A stretch of 63,226 nucleotides of DNA, the filler included, from Octopus bimaculoides (taxonomy: Eukaryota), in the NCBI RefSeq assembly GCF_001194135.2. It is 6 parts of 5 records of this genome, joined end to end, with 100 filler letters (N's around TTAATTAATTAA, not from the genome) between each part and the next. Parts side by side here need not be neighbours in the genome. Positions count along the whole stretch, not along the records: positions 8,650 to 19,500 come from NC_068982.1; positions 19,601 to 29,022 come from NC_068995.1; 4 more parts are not named here. One strand, given 5' to 3'. Position 1 is the first letter of the stretch, and every line of letters begins with the position of its first letter. The notes below the pieces were generated by a model. The model ran no database searches and was not told where the DNA came from. It worked only from the letters and a program-made list of their open reading frames with translations. This document shows, one piece after another, positions 13,628 to 26,300 of the stretch. A program made the translations under genes and the position numbers.

Positions 13628-14508
13628 ACCACCACCACAACTAGTGTTGGTTTGTTTACGTCCCCATAACTTAAAAGTTGGTGAAATAAGTATATTCATC
13701 TCATACCCACTGACTTTCTTTATATTTTATATTTGTCTGTCTGTATGTGTGCATGAATGTATGCATATATGTATGTATGTATGTATGTATGTATACGTGC
13801 TTGAGTGTGTATGCTTGTGTCTCCATGTCTTAACATTGTGTGATAGTTGTAAATGAGTGCCACTGTCATACAGGCAGTGTCATTCATTTCCAATATTCTG
13901 TGAGAACATACCTGGTCATGGGGGGGGGGGGAATATTACCTTGTTTAAAAACAGGTGAGGGTGGATGACAGAAAGGGCATCCAGCTGAGGAAAATCTGTC
14001 TTGAATAAACTCTGCCAACCGACGTAAGCATGGAAAAGAGGATATTAAAACAACAACAACAACAACAACTATGACAAGGATGATGACGATGGAGTGAAAA
14101 TGTGAACTGAATCAAAAAACAAAAAGAATCAATACTAAAACAATAAACACAATAGTGAGTGACATGGTAGTCAACTGCCTCGGTACTGACATCAGAGCTA
14201 CTTTAGTAGAATCAGAATGGTAAAGAATATATGATATAAGCTTTTACTACTAAAAATATGCTTTTTTCGTTGGTATCTTTGGGGAAATCTACAAAATGAC
14301 TCTACTTGAATTGTTCTGGCAGCTACTAATATCAGCAACAATATCAACAATAGCATGAACATCATAAACAATAAGGCCAGTATATGAAGAAACAGTAGCT
14401 AAAAAATGTTTATCATGGTTTTTTGTGGGGGGTTTTTCGGGTATATTTCTATGTATATTTTTTATGTATAATGTTAATGTCTTACTGTCATATCATGTGT
14501 GTGTGTGT

Positions 14509-14571
<63 letters not shown>

Positions 14572-14707
14572 CATATATATACACGCATACATACATTCAT
14601 GCATATATGCATATATATGTGTGTATGTATGTATGTACGTATGTATGTATGTATATATGTATGCATGTTTATATGTATGTATGTAGGTATGTACATATAC
14701 AAACAGA

Positions 14708-14742
<35 letters not shown>

Positions 14743-14771
14743 TATATGCATATATATATATNNNNNNNNNN

Positions 14772-14802
<31 letters not shown>

Positions 14803-16147
14803 CATACACACATATATTGATGGATACACACACACACCTTTACATACACACAACACAAATATCAGTATATTCACTCATGGACTTGTACACTTACCAAAGA
14901 AAAAATATATATACCTGAAAACATCTTAAACAAATATAATACAGACATAAACACATAACCACATTTATGGACATACACGTAAAAACATAAAAGTACACTT
15001 AAATAAATATATATGCCAACTTAAACAAACACATATATAAACACAATGATAAGGTTAAAGCTTACTTAAACCTAAAACCAAATTCTATAATTAGTATTAT
15101 TTCAATTTTTACCTCCACCTTGGCAAAGGTGGAGGTATTGCTTTCATTCGTGTTTGTTTGTTTGTTCATGGACAAGATATCTCAAGAACCACTGGATGGA
15201 TTAGGATGAAACTTTCAGAGATGTTTGGCCTCGTGACTGGCATGAACTGATTAGATTTTGGGATCGATGTAGAACTGAACAAGGATCACCTCCAAACCTT
15301 CTAATANNNNNNNNNNNNNNNNNNNNNNNNNNNNNNNNNNNNNNNNNNNNNNNNNNNNNNNNNNNNNNNNNNNNNNNNNNNNNNNNNNNNNNNNNNNNNN
15401 NNNNNNNNNNNNNNNNNNNNNNNNNNNNNNNNNNNNNNNNNNNNNNNNNNNNNNNNNNNNNNNNNNNNNNNNNNNNNNNNNNNNNNNNNNNNNNNNNNNN
15501 NNNNNNNNNNNNNNNNNNNNNNNNNNNNNNNNNNNNNNNNNNNNNNNNNNNNNNNNNNNNNNNNNNNNNNNNNNNNNNNNNNNNNNNNNNNNNNNNNNNN
15601 NNNNNNNNNNNGGCTACACCAGGCTCCAATCTGATTTGGCAGAGTTTCTACTGCTGGATGCCCTTCCTAACGCCAGCCACTCTGAGAGTGTAGTGGGTGC
15701 TTTTACATTCCACCGGAACGAAGGCCAGTCAGGCGGTACTGGCAACAGCCGATTTATAAAATAGCATAGATGCTGGTAGTTGCAATGGTAGTGATAGGAG
15801 TGGTGCTGTTGGTAGAATGTGACATACAGGTGGTGGTGATTGTGATGGTAGTAGTAATGGGTGATGGTGATGGTGATGGTGGTAGTGGTGGTGCTGTCAA
15901 GAGTAGTGTTGGAGATGGTGATGGTGATAATGATAATGGTGGTGCTGACAGAGAAAAACCCACAGGTGGTGGTGGTGAGGGTAGTAGTTGTGGTGGTGAT
16001 GGTGATGGTGATGGTAAAGGTAGTAATGGTGGGGATGGCGATGATGGTAATGGTGGTGCTGGCAAACAGGAACACACTAGTGGTGATGATGGTAGTCATG
16101 GTGGTGATGGTGTTGGTGGAAGTGTTGATGCTAGCAAAGAATAACAC

Positions 16148-16191
<44 letters not shown>

Positions 16192-17079
16192 GCTGATTTA
16201 CTGGTCTATTATTGTTGTTATTGCTGCTGCAGAGAGAGGTGTTGGAGTTGATAGCAATGATGACGATGATGATGATGATGATAACGACGACGATGATGAC
16301 GATGATGATGAGGATGATGATTGTGGTGATGGTCGTGGTGATGGTCATGGTGGTGGTGATGACGACAACAACAGTGATATTGAATAAGATAACTTGTTAA
16401 ACTGTCCTCATCTCTTGTACAATATTGATTACTATCACTGCTATGATCACTGCAAAGACGGACTTCCTTCCTGCACTTCACCCACCATCCACCCTGTCAC
16501 CTACCATCCACCAATAAACATTGAGATGAAACCTTGACACTGCAATGATTGATGTACACAAAATTCACTTGCTTAAACAGTAATAAGCTTTCTACTCCTT
16601 TTTGAGATGACATTTGCAACTGCCCCTTTCACTCACTTTCTCTCTCACCATCTCTCTTTGTTTTGGGGGGTTTTTTTCTATTTATCTTCCTTTTTATTTT
16701 TTTCATCCTTACTTTTGCTGATAGTGGAAGTCACTAGGTTCTCTTTCTAAACCATTTACTTGCAACCTGTGGCATGTTACTATGAGAAGAGTGTGCAACA
16801 AAACCAGATATGTGAAGAATTCTATCTGCACAAGCAGAACAGGAGACAGCTGAGTGAAGAAAGCTCTCATAGCAAATATTTGTGAGATTGGAGCCAGCCA
16901 GATTAAGATTCTTTCTGCAATTAGTCAATGGTATGCTTCTTTCATATGACAATTAGTAGTGAATCTTTAGTGTGAATTTGTAATTAATCTCATGTTCAGT
17001 TCCTGCCAAAGTCAACTTTGCCTTTCTACCTTCCTGGGTTGATAAAATAAGTACCAGTGAAGTACTGGAGTCAATCATC

Positions 17080-17430
17080 ATCATCATCGTCGTCGTTTAA
17101 CGTCCGCTTTCCATGCTAGCATCGGTTGGATGATTTAACTGAGGACTGGTAAAACCAGATGGCTACACCAGGCTCCAATCTGATTTGGCAGAGTTTCTAC
17201 AGCTGGATGCCCTTCCTAATGCCAACCACTCTGAGAGTGTAGTGGGTGCTTTTACGTGCCACCGGCACGAAGGCCAGTCAGGCGGTACTGGCAACGGCCA
17301 TGCTCAAAATGGTGTATTTTACGTGCCACCTGCACAGGAGCCAGTTCAGCGGCACTGGCAACGATCTCGCTCGAGTGTCTTTACACATGCCATCTAGCAC
17401 AAGTGCCAGGAAGGTGATGCTGGGCACAGG
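17080..17430 (-). mobile_element. SINE family C, (GAT)n-tailed, with internal 60-65-bp subrepeats (representative copy)
   Basis: Block CATCATCGTTTAACGTCCGCTTTCCATGCTAGC...GGATGCCCTTCCTAA. Other copies at about 11040, 12900, 15612, 18035, 19895, 20110, 30118, 32770, 33700, 39745, 40895, 51220, 53350, 55230, 56365 and 60635. Confidence 0.85.
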
Positions 17431-19224
17431 TGCCCAACAAATCCCCTCCTACAAAACTGCTAGCCTTGTGCTAAAATTTGAAACAGTTATTATAAGTATT
17501 GTCATTAGGCAATGAGCAGCAGAATCATTAGCATGCTGGACAAAATGCTTAGCGACATTTTATGTCTTTATGTTCTGAGTTCAAATTCCACCAAGGTCAA
17601 CTTTGCCTTTCATCTTTTGAAGGTTGAAAATAAGTACCAGACAACTACTGGGGGACAATATAACCGACTTCCCCCCGCCCCTCAAATTGCTGGCCTTGTA
17701 CCAAAATTTGAAAGCATTATTAGTATAGTTATTGATGTGGCTGCAGCAGCACATCATCAGATCATATTTTGGCAGTATGCAAGTAATCCTTCACAGAACG
17801 TTCCTGGGGGCATAACCAAGTCATGAACATCCTTGCTAATGCACTAAACAACAACAATACCACAGCATCAATGTTATGAGAGTCAACAGTATGTTACACC
17901 CTACTGTTTCTCACAAGGATTGTAAGAAATGCAGGAATGTCAACAGAGGAAATCTAAGATCCAGACTTCTGAAGATCTTCTGAATAAATTTATAGCACAG
18001 AGAAAATTAAGAATTTTATTTTCCCAAACCATTATCATCATCATCATCATCGTTTAACGTCCGCTTTCCATGCTAGCATGGGTTGGACGATTTGACTGAG
18101 GACTGGTGAACCAGGTGGCTACACCAGGCTCCAATCTGATCTGGCAGAGTTTCTACAGCTGGATGCCCTTCCTAATGCCAACCACTCCGAGAGTGTGCTG
18201 GGTGCTTTTACGTGCCACTGGCACGAAGGCCAGTCAGGCGGTACTGGCAATGGCCACGCTCAAAATGGTGTATTTTACATGCCACCTGCACAGGCGCCAG
18301 TCCAGCGGCACTGGCAACGATATTGCAATAAAATAGCAAAGTCATGACGGATAAAACAACTTGATCATGAAGATAACTTTTTCTATTCTAGGCACAAGGC
18401 TCGAAATTTTGGGAGAGGGGGAATCGATTAGATTGACTCCATTATGTAACTGGTACTTAATTTATCAACCCTGAAAGGATGAAAGGCAAAGTTGGCCTCG
18501 GCAGAATTTGAACTCAGAACATGAAGACAAATGAAACACTGCTAAGCATTTTACCTGTGTGTTAACATTTTTGCCAGCTCACTGCTTTTTGATCATGAAG
18601 ATAATAATGCCTTAAAAAGTCATTGTGGATTGAACCATGTTTAATTTCAACATCTTCCAGACTTTCAAAATGATGACCATCCATCAGTGGGTTTTGATTG
18701 TTAGAGAGATGTTTACAGGTTGACGAGAGCCATATTCTCTATTGAAAATTTTGTTTTTTTCATTTAACAACTTATACATTCAACATTTATATGGTCGTTT
18801 GATCTGCAAGAAATAACAACTAAACAGCCCTTAAGTCACACATATTGTTTAAGAAAAACTCTTCAGACAATTTACTCATAAATACAATAAAAGCTAAGTT
18901 AAACAATGACAACACAAGTGTATTAAGTTATTAATAACTACTTCAGTTTATGCTGTATCAAGCTGGATTTTTCTGTCTGGATCTCCCATTCCTCAAGAAA
19001 TAATCAATGGACACTTGGTCAACAGTTGTAGGAAGAAATGCCAGACTACTTCACAAAAAATCAACAGAGATATTCTTGAAATTTCCTGCATTCTTTCCAA
19101 TAGGAACAGCACTGGAAGACAAATAACAAAGGCCCATTTTATATTGCAACAAATTATATAACTTTTAATATGTATACATATATGAGTGTATAAGGCAGGC
19201 TGAATGGGAGAAAGAGAGCCTGCC

Positions 19225-19500
19225 TTATGTCGACCCAATAGAGGGACCAGCTATCCGAGTTGATAGTACCAGGGTAGATAAAGCAATTAAGAGTATGAAG
19301 ACCGGGAAAGCCCCCGGCCCATCAGGAATCACTGCAGAGATGCTCAAAATATCTGGCAGTGTTGGCTATAGCCTAGTCACCCGTATTACGAACCAGGTGA
19401 TACACGAAGGAGTCATACCCTATGACTGGTGTAGCAGCATCATAGTCAACTGCTACAAAGGTAAAGGGGACGCTTTAGATACAAATAATTACAGAGGCAT
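19225..19500 (+). mobile_element. RTE-clade LINE reverse-transcriptase N-terminal fragment, truncated by a spacer
   Basis: DKAIKSMKTGKAPGPSGITAEMLK...IPYDWCSSIIVNCYKGKGDALDTNNYRG matches the KAPGPDG / W...KGKGD...NYRGI motifs of non-LTR RT. Confidence 0.9.
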
Positions 19501-21664
19501 NNNNNNNNNNNNNNNNNNNNNNNNNNNNNNNNNNNNNNNNNNNNTTAATTAATTAANNNNNNNNNNNNNNNNNNNNNNNNNNNNNNNNNNNNNNNNNNNN
19601 TATATACATATATATGACAGGCTTCTTTCAGTTTCCGTCTACCAAATCCACTCACAAGGCTTTGGTCGTCCCGAGGCTATAGCAGAAGACACTTGCCCAA
19701 GGTGCCACGGAGTGGGACTGAACCCGGAACCATGTGGTTGGTAAGCAAGCTACTTACCACACAGCCACTCCTGTGAATTTATTAAATTTTCTTAATTTTG
19801 TTCTCCATAAAGATTTAAATATTGATATTATATAGCTACTTTTAACAACAATGATGACAACCACCGCCACCATTTCTACCACTGCCACTGCCATCATCGT
19901 TTAACATTCGTTTTCCATGCTGACATGGGTTAGACAGTTTGACTGGGACCGTTAAACCAGAGTGCTGCACCAGGGTCCAGTCATTTGTTTTGGCTTGGTT
20001 TCTATGGCCGGATGCCCTTCCTAATGCCAACCACTTTTCAGAGTGTACTGTATGTGTCACCAGCACAGGTGCCTTTTTATATGTCACCAGCACTTTGTAA
20101 TTGATATCTATCATTTTTGTGGCCGTTGCCAGTACCGCCTGACTGGCCTTCGTGCCGGTGGCACGTAAAAGCACCCACTACACTCTCGGAGTGGTTGGCG
20201 TTGGGAAGGGCATCCAGCTGTAGAAACTCTGTCAAATCAGATTGGAACCTGGTGTAGCCATCTGGTTTCACCCAGTCCTCAGTCANNNNNNNNNNTGTCA
20301 AATCAGATTGGAACCTGGTGTAGCCATCTGGTTTCACCCAGTCCTCAGTCAAATCGTCCAACCCATGCTAGCATGGAAAGCGGACATTAAACGATGATGA
20401 TATGAACTGATAAGCACAGCTTCTGTGGAGGTGGTATCTGAATTGTTGAGTGTAGAGTCAGCTGATATTTGCAAACAACATGGTACTATGTGACTTATTA
20501 TACCAATCTTTATTGAGAACAGAATTGCCAAGACTGAGATGGTTGAATAATATCCATAATCTCAGTTGATCAGCTTGGAAATCCAAGTGGAAAGTGTAAT
20601 GGTAGTTGCTTCTTAAAGAACCCTATGGAGGAGGTGCCAGAAGACTCTACCCCCAACAACCCTCTCAGGAATAATAGGTGGAGAAGATACTTGAGCACAC
20701 CAACTGCCATAAACTTTATGCTTGCCACTCACTTTCATGCAATTATTACAACTACCATGTTGTCAAGCATCTGAATTCAATTGTTCTTTGTTTGTCATAG
20801 AGGGTAAAAATGGGGTCTGTTATTCACATAAACTTGGTGTTAAGCTTTGGTTTGAACTTAAGATCATTGGTTCCCAAAACTACTTCCTTAAAAATCAATC
20901 TCGGTCATCACAGCTCTTGTAAATACTGCAATCCAAGTTCAACTAAGAAAGCTTTAGCGTTAATCTTTTAGCATTCAGATTATTCTGTCAAATGTAATGG
21001 TTATTTACTCACATTGTTTTGAATTAATTATGCAGTATCTTGTAGTTTTAAGATTTCAATGATGTGACTGTTTACTTTTAGAATAACACTGTAGGGTAAG
21101 TGTGAGAGGCTAGACCTGGCTTATTTGAACATAAAAACAGGTAGAATATTTGGGCCAGATGTGGTCAGTTTAAATATTAAAGGGTTAAAGAAACTGGAGG
21201 TAGAATAAAAGTTACAACTGTTCTGTAGTAGCAAGTTAACTTGTAACAACTTAATATCTGTTAAATATTAAGAAAAATTTACATTTACAGAACATAAGCA
21301 GTTATGAGAGTGGATGTGAAATAATACTCCGGTGTAGATGCCTGCTACTTGTAAACATAATAGGTAAGTGTTAGTATACTTGATATAGTAAAACCAAGAA
21401 ATTTAAATTAATTGAATTAATCATGAATTTGGTCTTAGCCAAATAATAAGGTGAAGAGTCATGCCAAAGAATCAAGAGCAACACCTGTTGATCATGCAGG
21501 ATATCATTCATGTCAAGTGAATAATTACAATAATTAGCTAAAGACTATTTCACAGCATTTGCAATGTTGTTTTTTGGTTCAAGGTTATCCCTGAGCAAGC
21601 AGACCTATGATCAAAGCTGTTCTAGCCATGACCATCCCACCTGTTTTCAGAGACCTCTAGGATT

Positions 21665-22010
21665 AAACTGTGAAGGTGCATGGCTCACTGGTTAGCATGT
21701 TGGGCTCACAGTCATGAGGTAGTAAGTTTGATTCCCAGATCAGGCTGTGTATTGTGTTCTTGAGCAAGACACTTTATTTCATGTTGCTTCAGTTCACTCA
21801 GCTGTGAAAATGAGTTGTGATGTCACTGGTGCCAAGCTGTATCGGCCTTTGCTTTTCCCTTGGATAACATCGGTGTCATGAAGAGGGGAGGCTGGTATAC
21901 ATGGACGACTGCTGGTCTTCCATTAACATCCTTGCCCTGACTTGTGCCTTGGAGGGAAACTTTCTAGGTGCAATCCCATGGTCATTCTTAATGAAAGGGG
22001 GTCATTACCC
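21665..22010 (+). mobile_element. tRNA-derived SINE with a V/CORE-like central block
   Basis: tRNA-like head GGTGCATGGCTCACTGGTTAGC...GTTTGATTCCC followed by TTGTGTTCTTGAGCAAGACACTTTA. Confidence 0.6.
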
Positions 22011-22344
22011 GTTTTACCCTAGGATTAAATTATTTGTGTTCGTTCTTTGCTTAAAAAAGTAGGGGAGGGTGTGATTATGAGCACTGTCCTATCACAAAAA
22101 AATTGAGCCCCAGGTTTCACTTATGTTACATTCTCTGAGTAAACAACTAGGTTATACAAAAGCAGGTTACTTTTTTTTACAGAATAAGATATCTCAATTT
22201 TCCAATCTATTTAAACTAATACCTATATTCTCTCAACAAGGCAGACAGAGATAAGGACATAACATGATTTCAGAGAGAAGAGTTCAAATTCAAATCTTAT
22301 TTTTAAAACTTAAAGAAATTAGTAATTAATAAATAATGATTTAC

Positions 22345-22459
22345 GTCGCTAGCTTTCTTTTTCACTGCTTTCCTTTCATAACTACGTTCAAAAGCATCGG
22401 CCAATCTTCTCAAGTCTCTTCCAAGTGCATGTGCTTCTTGTTCCTTTGCATAATCTTCA
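22345..22459 (-). CDS. Internal coding exon of a BH3-containing (Bcl-2-family or BH3-only) protein
   Basis: Strong acceptor (ttttcccttttttcttttttttttcag) and donor GAC|GTAAAT. 115 nt, phase 2 in and phase 0 out. Encodes EDYAKEQEAHALGRDLRRLADAFERSYERKAVKKKASD; LGRDLRRLADAF fits the BH3 pattern. Confidence 0.75.
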
Positions 22460-22949
22460 CTGAAAAAAAAAAGAAAAAAGGGAAAAATATAAAGTTTGAA
22501 CAAGAAAAGAATTAAAAGAAAAAAAACTTAACAACAAATCTTAAGTTTACTAACAGAACAAGCAGCTTGTGGTCATCATTAGCCATGAGGCCAGCAATTT
22601 CAGAGGAAGGGGTATATTGATTACATCGACCCCAGTACTCAACTGGTACTTATTTTATCTACCCCAAAAGGATGAAAGTTGACCTTGGTGGAATTTGAAC
22701 TCAGGACATAAAAACAGACAAAATGCCACAAAGCATTTTGCCTGATGTGCTAACAATTCTGCCAGCTCACTGCCTTCTTGTGCGAAGAAAAAAAATCAAC
22801 CAAAAGCTTTCATTTATGAAATTCTTAAATATTTAAAGGTATAACGTTAAAATTAGAGATATTGGGGAGAGATCATTTTTTTTTCTAACCATTTAGCATT
22901 CAAATTACTTTGTCAAATGTAATGTTTATTTACTCTTTTTTTACTCTTT

Positions 22950-23375
22950 TACTTGTTTCAGTCATTTGACTGCAGCCATGCTGGAGCACCGCCTTTAGTC
23001 GAGCAAATCGACCCCAGGACTTATTCTTTGTAAGCCTAGTACTCATTCTATCGGTCTCTTTTGCCGAACCGCTAAGTTACAGGATCAGATAGCACTGTAG
23101 CAACGGCAGAAACCAAAGGTTGGTGAGTATTGGTAAATGATTCTATCGGTTGTCAAGCGATGTTGGGAAGTGGACAAACACAGACACACAAACATATACA
23201 CACACATACATATATATATACATTCTTTCAGTTTCCATCTACCAAATCCACTCACAAGGCTTTGGTCGGCCCGAGGCTATAGTAGAAGACACTTGCCCAA
23301 GGTGCCACGCAGTGGGACTGAACCCAGAACCATGTGATTGGTAAGTAAGCTACTTACCACACAGCCATTCCTGCG
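22950..23375 (-). mobile_element. SINE family B (tRNA head GGCGCAGGAATGGCTGTGTGGTAAG, CORE-like TTGGGCAAGTGTCTTC) with an extended tail
   Basis: Related copies at about 19615, 24795, 28755, 34205, 37050, 43615, 53185, 55095 and 57905. Confidence 0.85.
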
Positions 23376-26300
23376 CCTGTGTATTTGTTCATAGTGTTTT
23401 GAATTAATCATGCATTATCTCATAGCTTCAAATTTTCAATTATGTGATTGTTTAATTTTGGTGGGTAGGTGTGAGAGGCCAAATCTAACCTGTTAGAACA
23501 TAAAACAAGTAGAACATTTGGGCCAGATATGGTTGGTTTGAATACTAAAGGGCTAAAGATTTTTAATAGTTTTAGTTTGCAAGAAGTAAATGTCCATGGC
23601 CTTCACAGGTTCTCCAAAACAAATGAGGTAAACAACAGACATTCCTGAACAACTGCAGGAAAAACTTGACCAAGGAGGGAATTCCAGCTGATTGACATTC
23701 AGGAGGTAAGGATTGTACATAACAGAAGATACAATAGAAGATGAAAAAAAACAGGGACAAGTTGGGTAGACCCAAGTGAACAAGATATGAGACCGGCCAG
23801 TTGCAAGGATCAGATAGCACTGTAGCAACGGCAGAAACCAAAGGTTGGTGAGTATTGGTAAATGATTCTATGCCAATCAGTTAAGTGGCATTTTTGCTGC
23901 AGACTTGAATGTTTGCCAGGAGCACAACAGCAGCAGTCCCACCACCATTCTAGGTATGAGAGTATCTGATAATAAAAGGCAGAATTCTCAACAAATATCA
24001 GAATTGGAAGCTCTGGTTCCAAGTACAGAATCGCTTTAAATATGAAACAACACACACACACACACACACAAACACACACTAAAAATGTCTGATGTGCATG
24101 TTAACAGTCCGAAGAAAATATAAATGGTGTCAAACTAGCAGAAGTCTTCTTTTAACAAATGTAACCCAGGATTGCTCTTTATGAACTTACTAACAGGCAG
24201 TTAAATTTGCCTCCAACACTCTGTATTGTCTTACATGTGTATGTGTGTGTGAACCAAGTGGCAAGTACATAGGAGCTAGACATGTTAAAAATAACAGCCA
24301 AATCTACCTTAAATCAAGACTTTTTGTCTTTAGTAAAAACAGACATAAAATATTCACTCACTGACATACTCCCACCTCTGGGTCACTGGTGTGCTACCAC
24401 CTCTTTCTCTCTCTCTTTGCCTTTTTTTTCTTGTTATTATAATAGCCCCTCCAACACAGACCAGGTTGGGTTCATGCAAACTTCATTCAGACATTCCTCA
24501 CCCAGTTGTCTCTTCCCCTCAATCACCACTGTTACACCTACTAACCCCACCCCACCAACAAACTAGCAACTATAACCAATCCTTCTTTTCCAGAATCCAT
24601 CCCTCTACAACTCCTTCTTTGCTCATGATTCTCTTGTTGATTAGCTATGATTCAAGGAAGAACATCACCAGGTCTCAGAAGGCCTTAAAAAAAAAATGGC
24701 AATGGCAGGTACTGCCTTTTCCTCTAAGACCTAACTAGTGAGAAAAAAAAAAAATGTAACAAAAAAAACTTATAAAATTACCAATCTTTTATCTGTTTCT
24801 TTTACTTGTTTCAGTCACATGACTGCAGCTATGCTGGGGCACCAACTTGAAGGGTTTTTTAGTCAAGCAAATCGACCCCAGGGCTTCTTTTGCCGGATTG
24901 AAGTTACAGGGACATAAATATAGTTGTCAAGTAGGGGGGGTGGGACAAATACACACACACAAAACACACACATACACATATATACATATAAAAATGACGG
25001 TCTTCTTTCAGTTTCTGTCTACCACGTCTATTCACAAGGTTTTGGTCAGCCTGTGACTATAGCAGAAGACACTTGCCCAAGATGCCATGCAGTGGGACTG
25101 AACCCAGAACCATGTGGTTGGGAAGCAAACGCCTAAAAGCAAAAAGTTACAGAAACGTTTTGTGATTAAATTTTACAAATATGACAAGTTTACTAATGGT
25201 TAGATGCCTTCAGAATATTTCTGTTCATCTTAAAGTAAAATACCAAGATGACATAATTTACCCAACAAAACTTGATGTGTGTGTGTGTATGGGGAGGAGA
25301 CATACTAAATAAAATTCCATAACTATGAGCGGTAGGTAAGGTACATTAGTCAGCGGGCAAGTGTTGTTAACTTGCACTATATAACAAAAGACAAGCATAC
25401 AGTCATCTTGACCATGACAGAATTAGTGGGAAGAGCAGCTCTAATGGGGGGAAGGGGATAGTAGTAGACAGAGAGAAAGAGGAAAGGTTGTACAGTGGAA
25501 AAACATGAAAATGACTGTGACAGTTCTACTTTTAAAAGATCATTATCATGGGATTTCCTCTTGTATATATTTTAGATATATTTTTAAAGCAAAGCAGTGA
25601 CGTCAACAAGGAAAATACCAACACTCCAACTGCAAAAATATTTTTTCAGTTAACTCATGAAGGATTTCGTTATAAGTTGCAGTTTTTTTGCAACTGAACA
25701 AATTTATTGATACAATGTGTTTCAAGTTCTTACCATCCTGTTGTTTAAATTTGTTTTCATTAACAAGAGTACCCTTTTTTCTAAAAATGACAGGCTGTGA
25801 TTTGAAGAAATTGTTTCTAGTAGGACAAGCAGCCCTGTATAAGTCTCTTCATTATCAGTAAAATGGAAAGGAGTGTTATTAGGCAAGTTTCCTATACACT
25901 GTTAAATCATCAAAATGTTTTCAGCATAAAACACGCACACACACACACACACACACACAAAGGACATAGTTGTGACCAGGTACTGGCTCTCATGGCTTCT
26001 GATCTTAACTGATTGGAAGTGTTATCATATACATTGTTTTGTCTTGGTATAAAAGATGGGCTACAGCAAATATTCTGCTCAATACCACAGATTTGAGTGT
26101 CAGTTATTTGACCTTAACCAGTTCAACATGACACTTAGTGGCTGACGATATGTGCATCTCTGATCACGAGCACAAGTAGTGGGGGAGCATCATAACCATG
26201 TGTTGAGAGGAATTCTGTGGGGCTTGAATAATTCACCTCTGGAAACATGGGTGTTTTGTTCATCATCCTTAAGTAACCCTTATTCAAGGACCTTTTGAGC

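Noticed and set aside
16734-16952. Minus-strand ORF considered as the next Bcl-2-family exon (SNLTNICYESF...)
   Set aside because: The acceptor phase does not match the phase-0 end of the BH3 exon, no BH1-like motif follows, and it lies across a spacer.
19007-19126. Short ORF MDTWSTVVGRN... resembling dynein light chain WHCIVGRN
   Set aside because: Similarity is limited to a few residues, with no other LC8 features.
20230-20352. Apparent 56-bp tandem duplication
   Set aside because: The copies are identical and flank a 10-N gap (20286-20295), which indicates an unmerged contig overlap.
23640-23960. Possible decayed non-LTR endonuclease (LIDIQEVR; GIFAADLN)
   Set aside because: The motifs are in different frames and too degenerate to call without a profile search.
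24594-24708. SRKNI-containing frame considered as the TCHP N-terminal exon
   Set aside because: The surrounding residues do not match TCHP, the phase is wrong, and it lies in a different assembly block.
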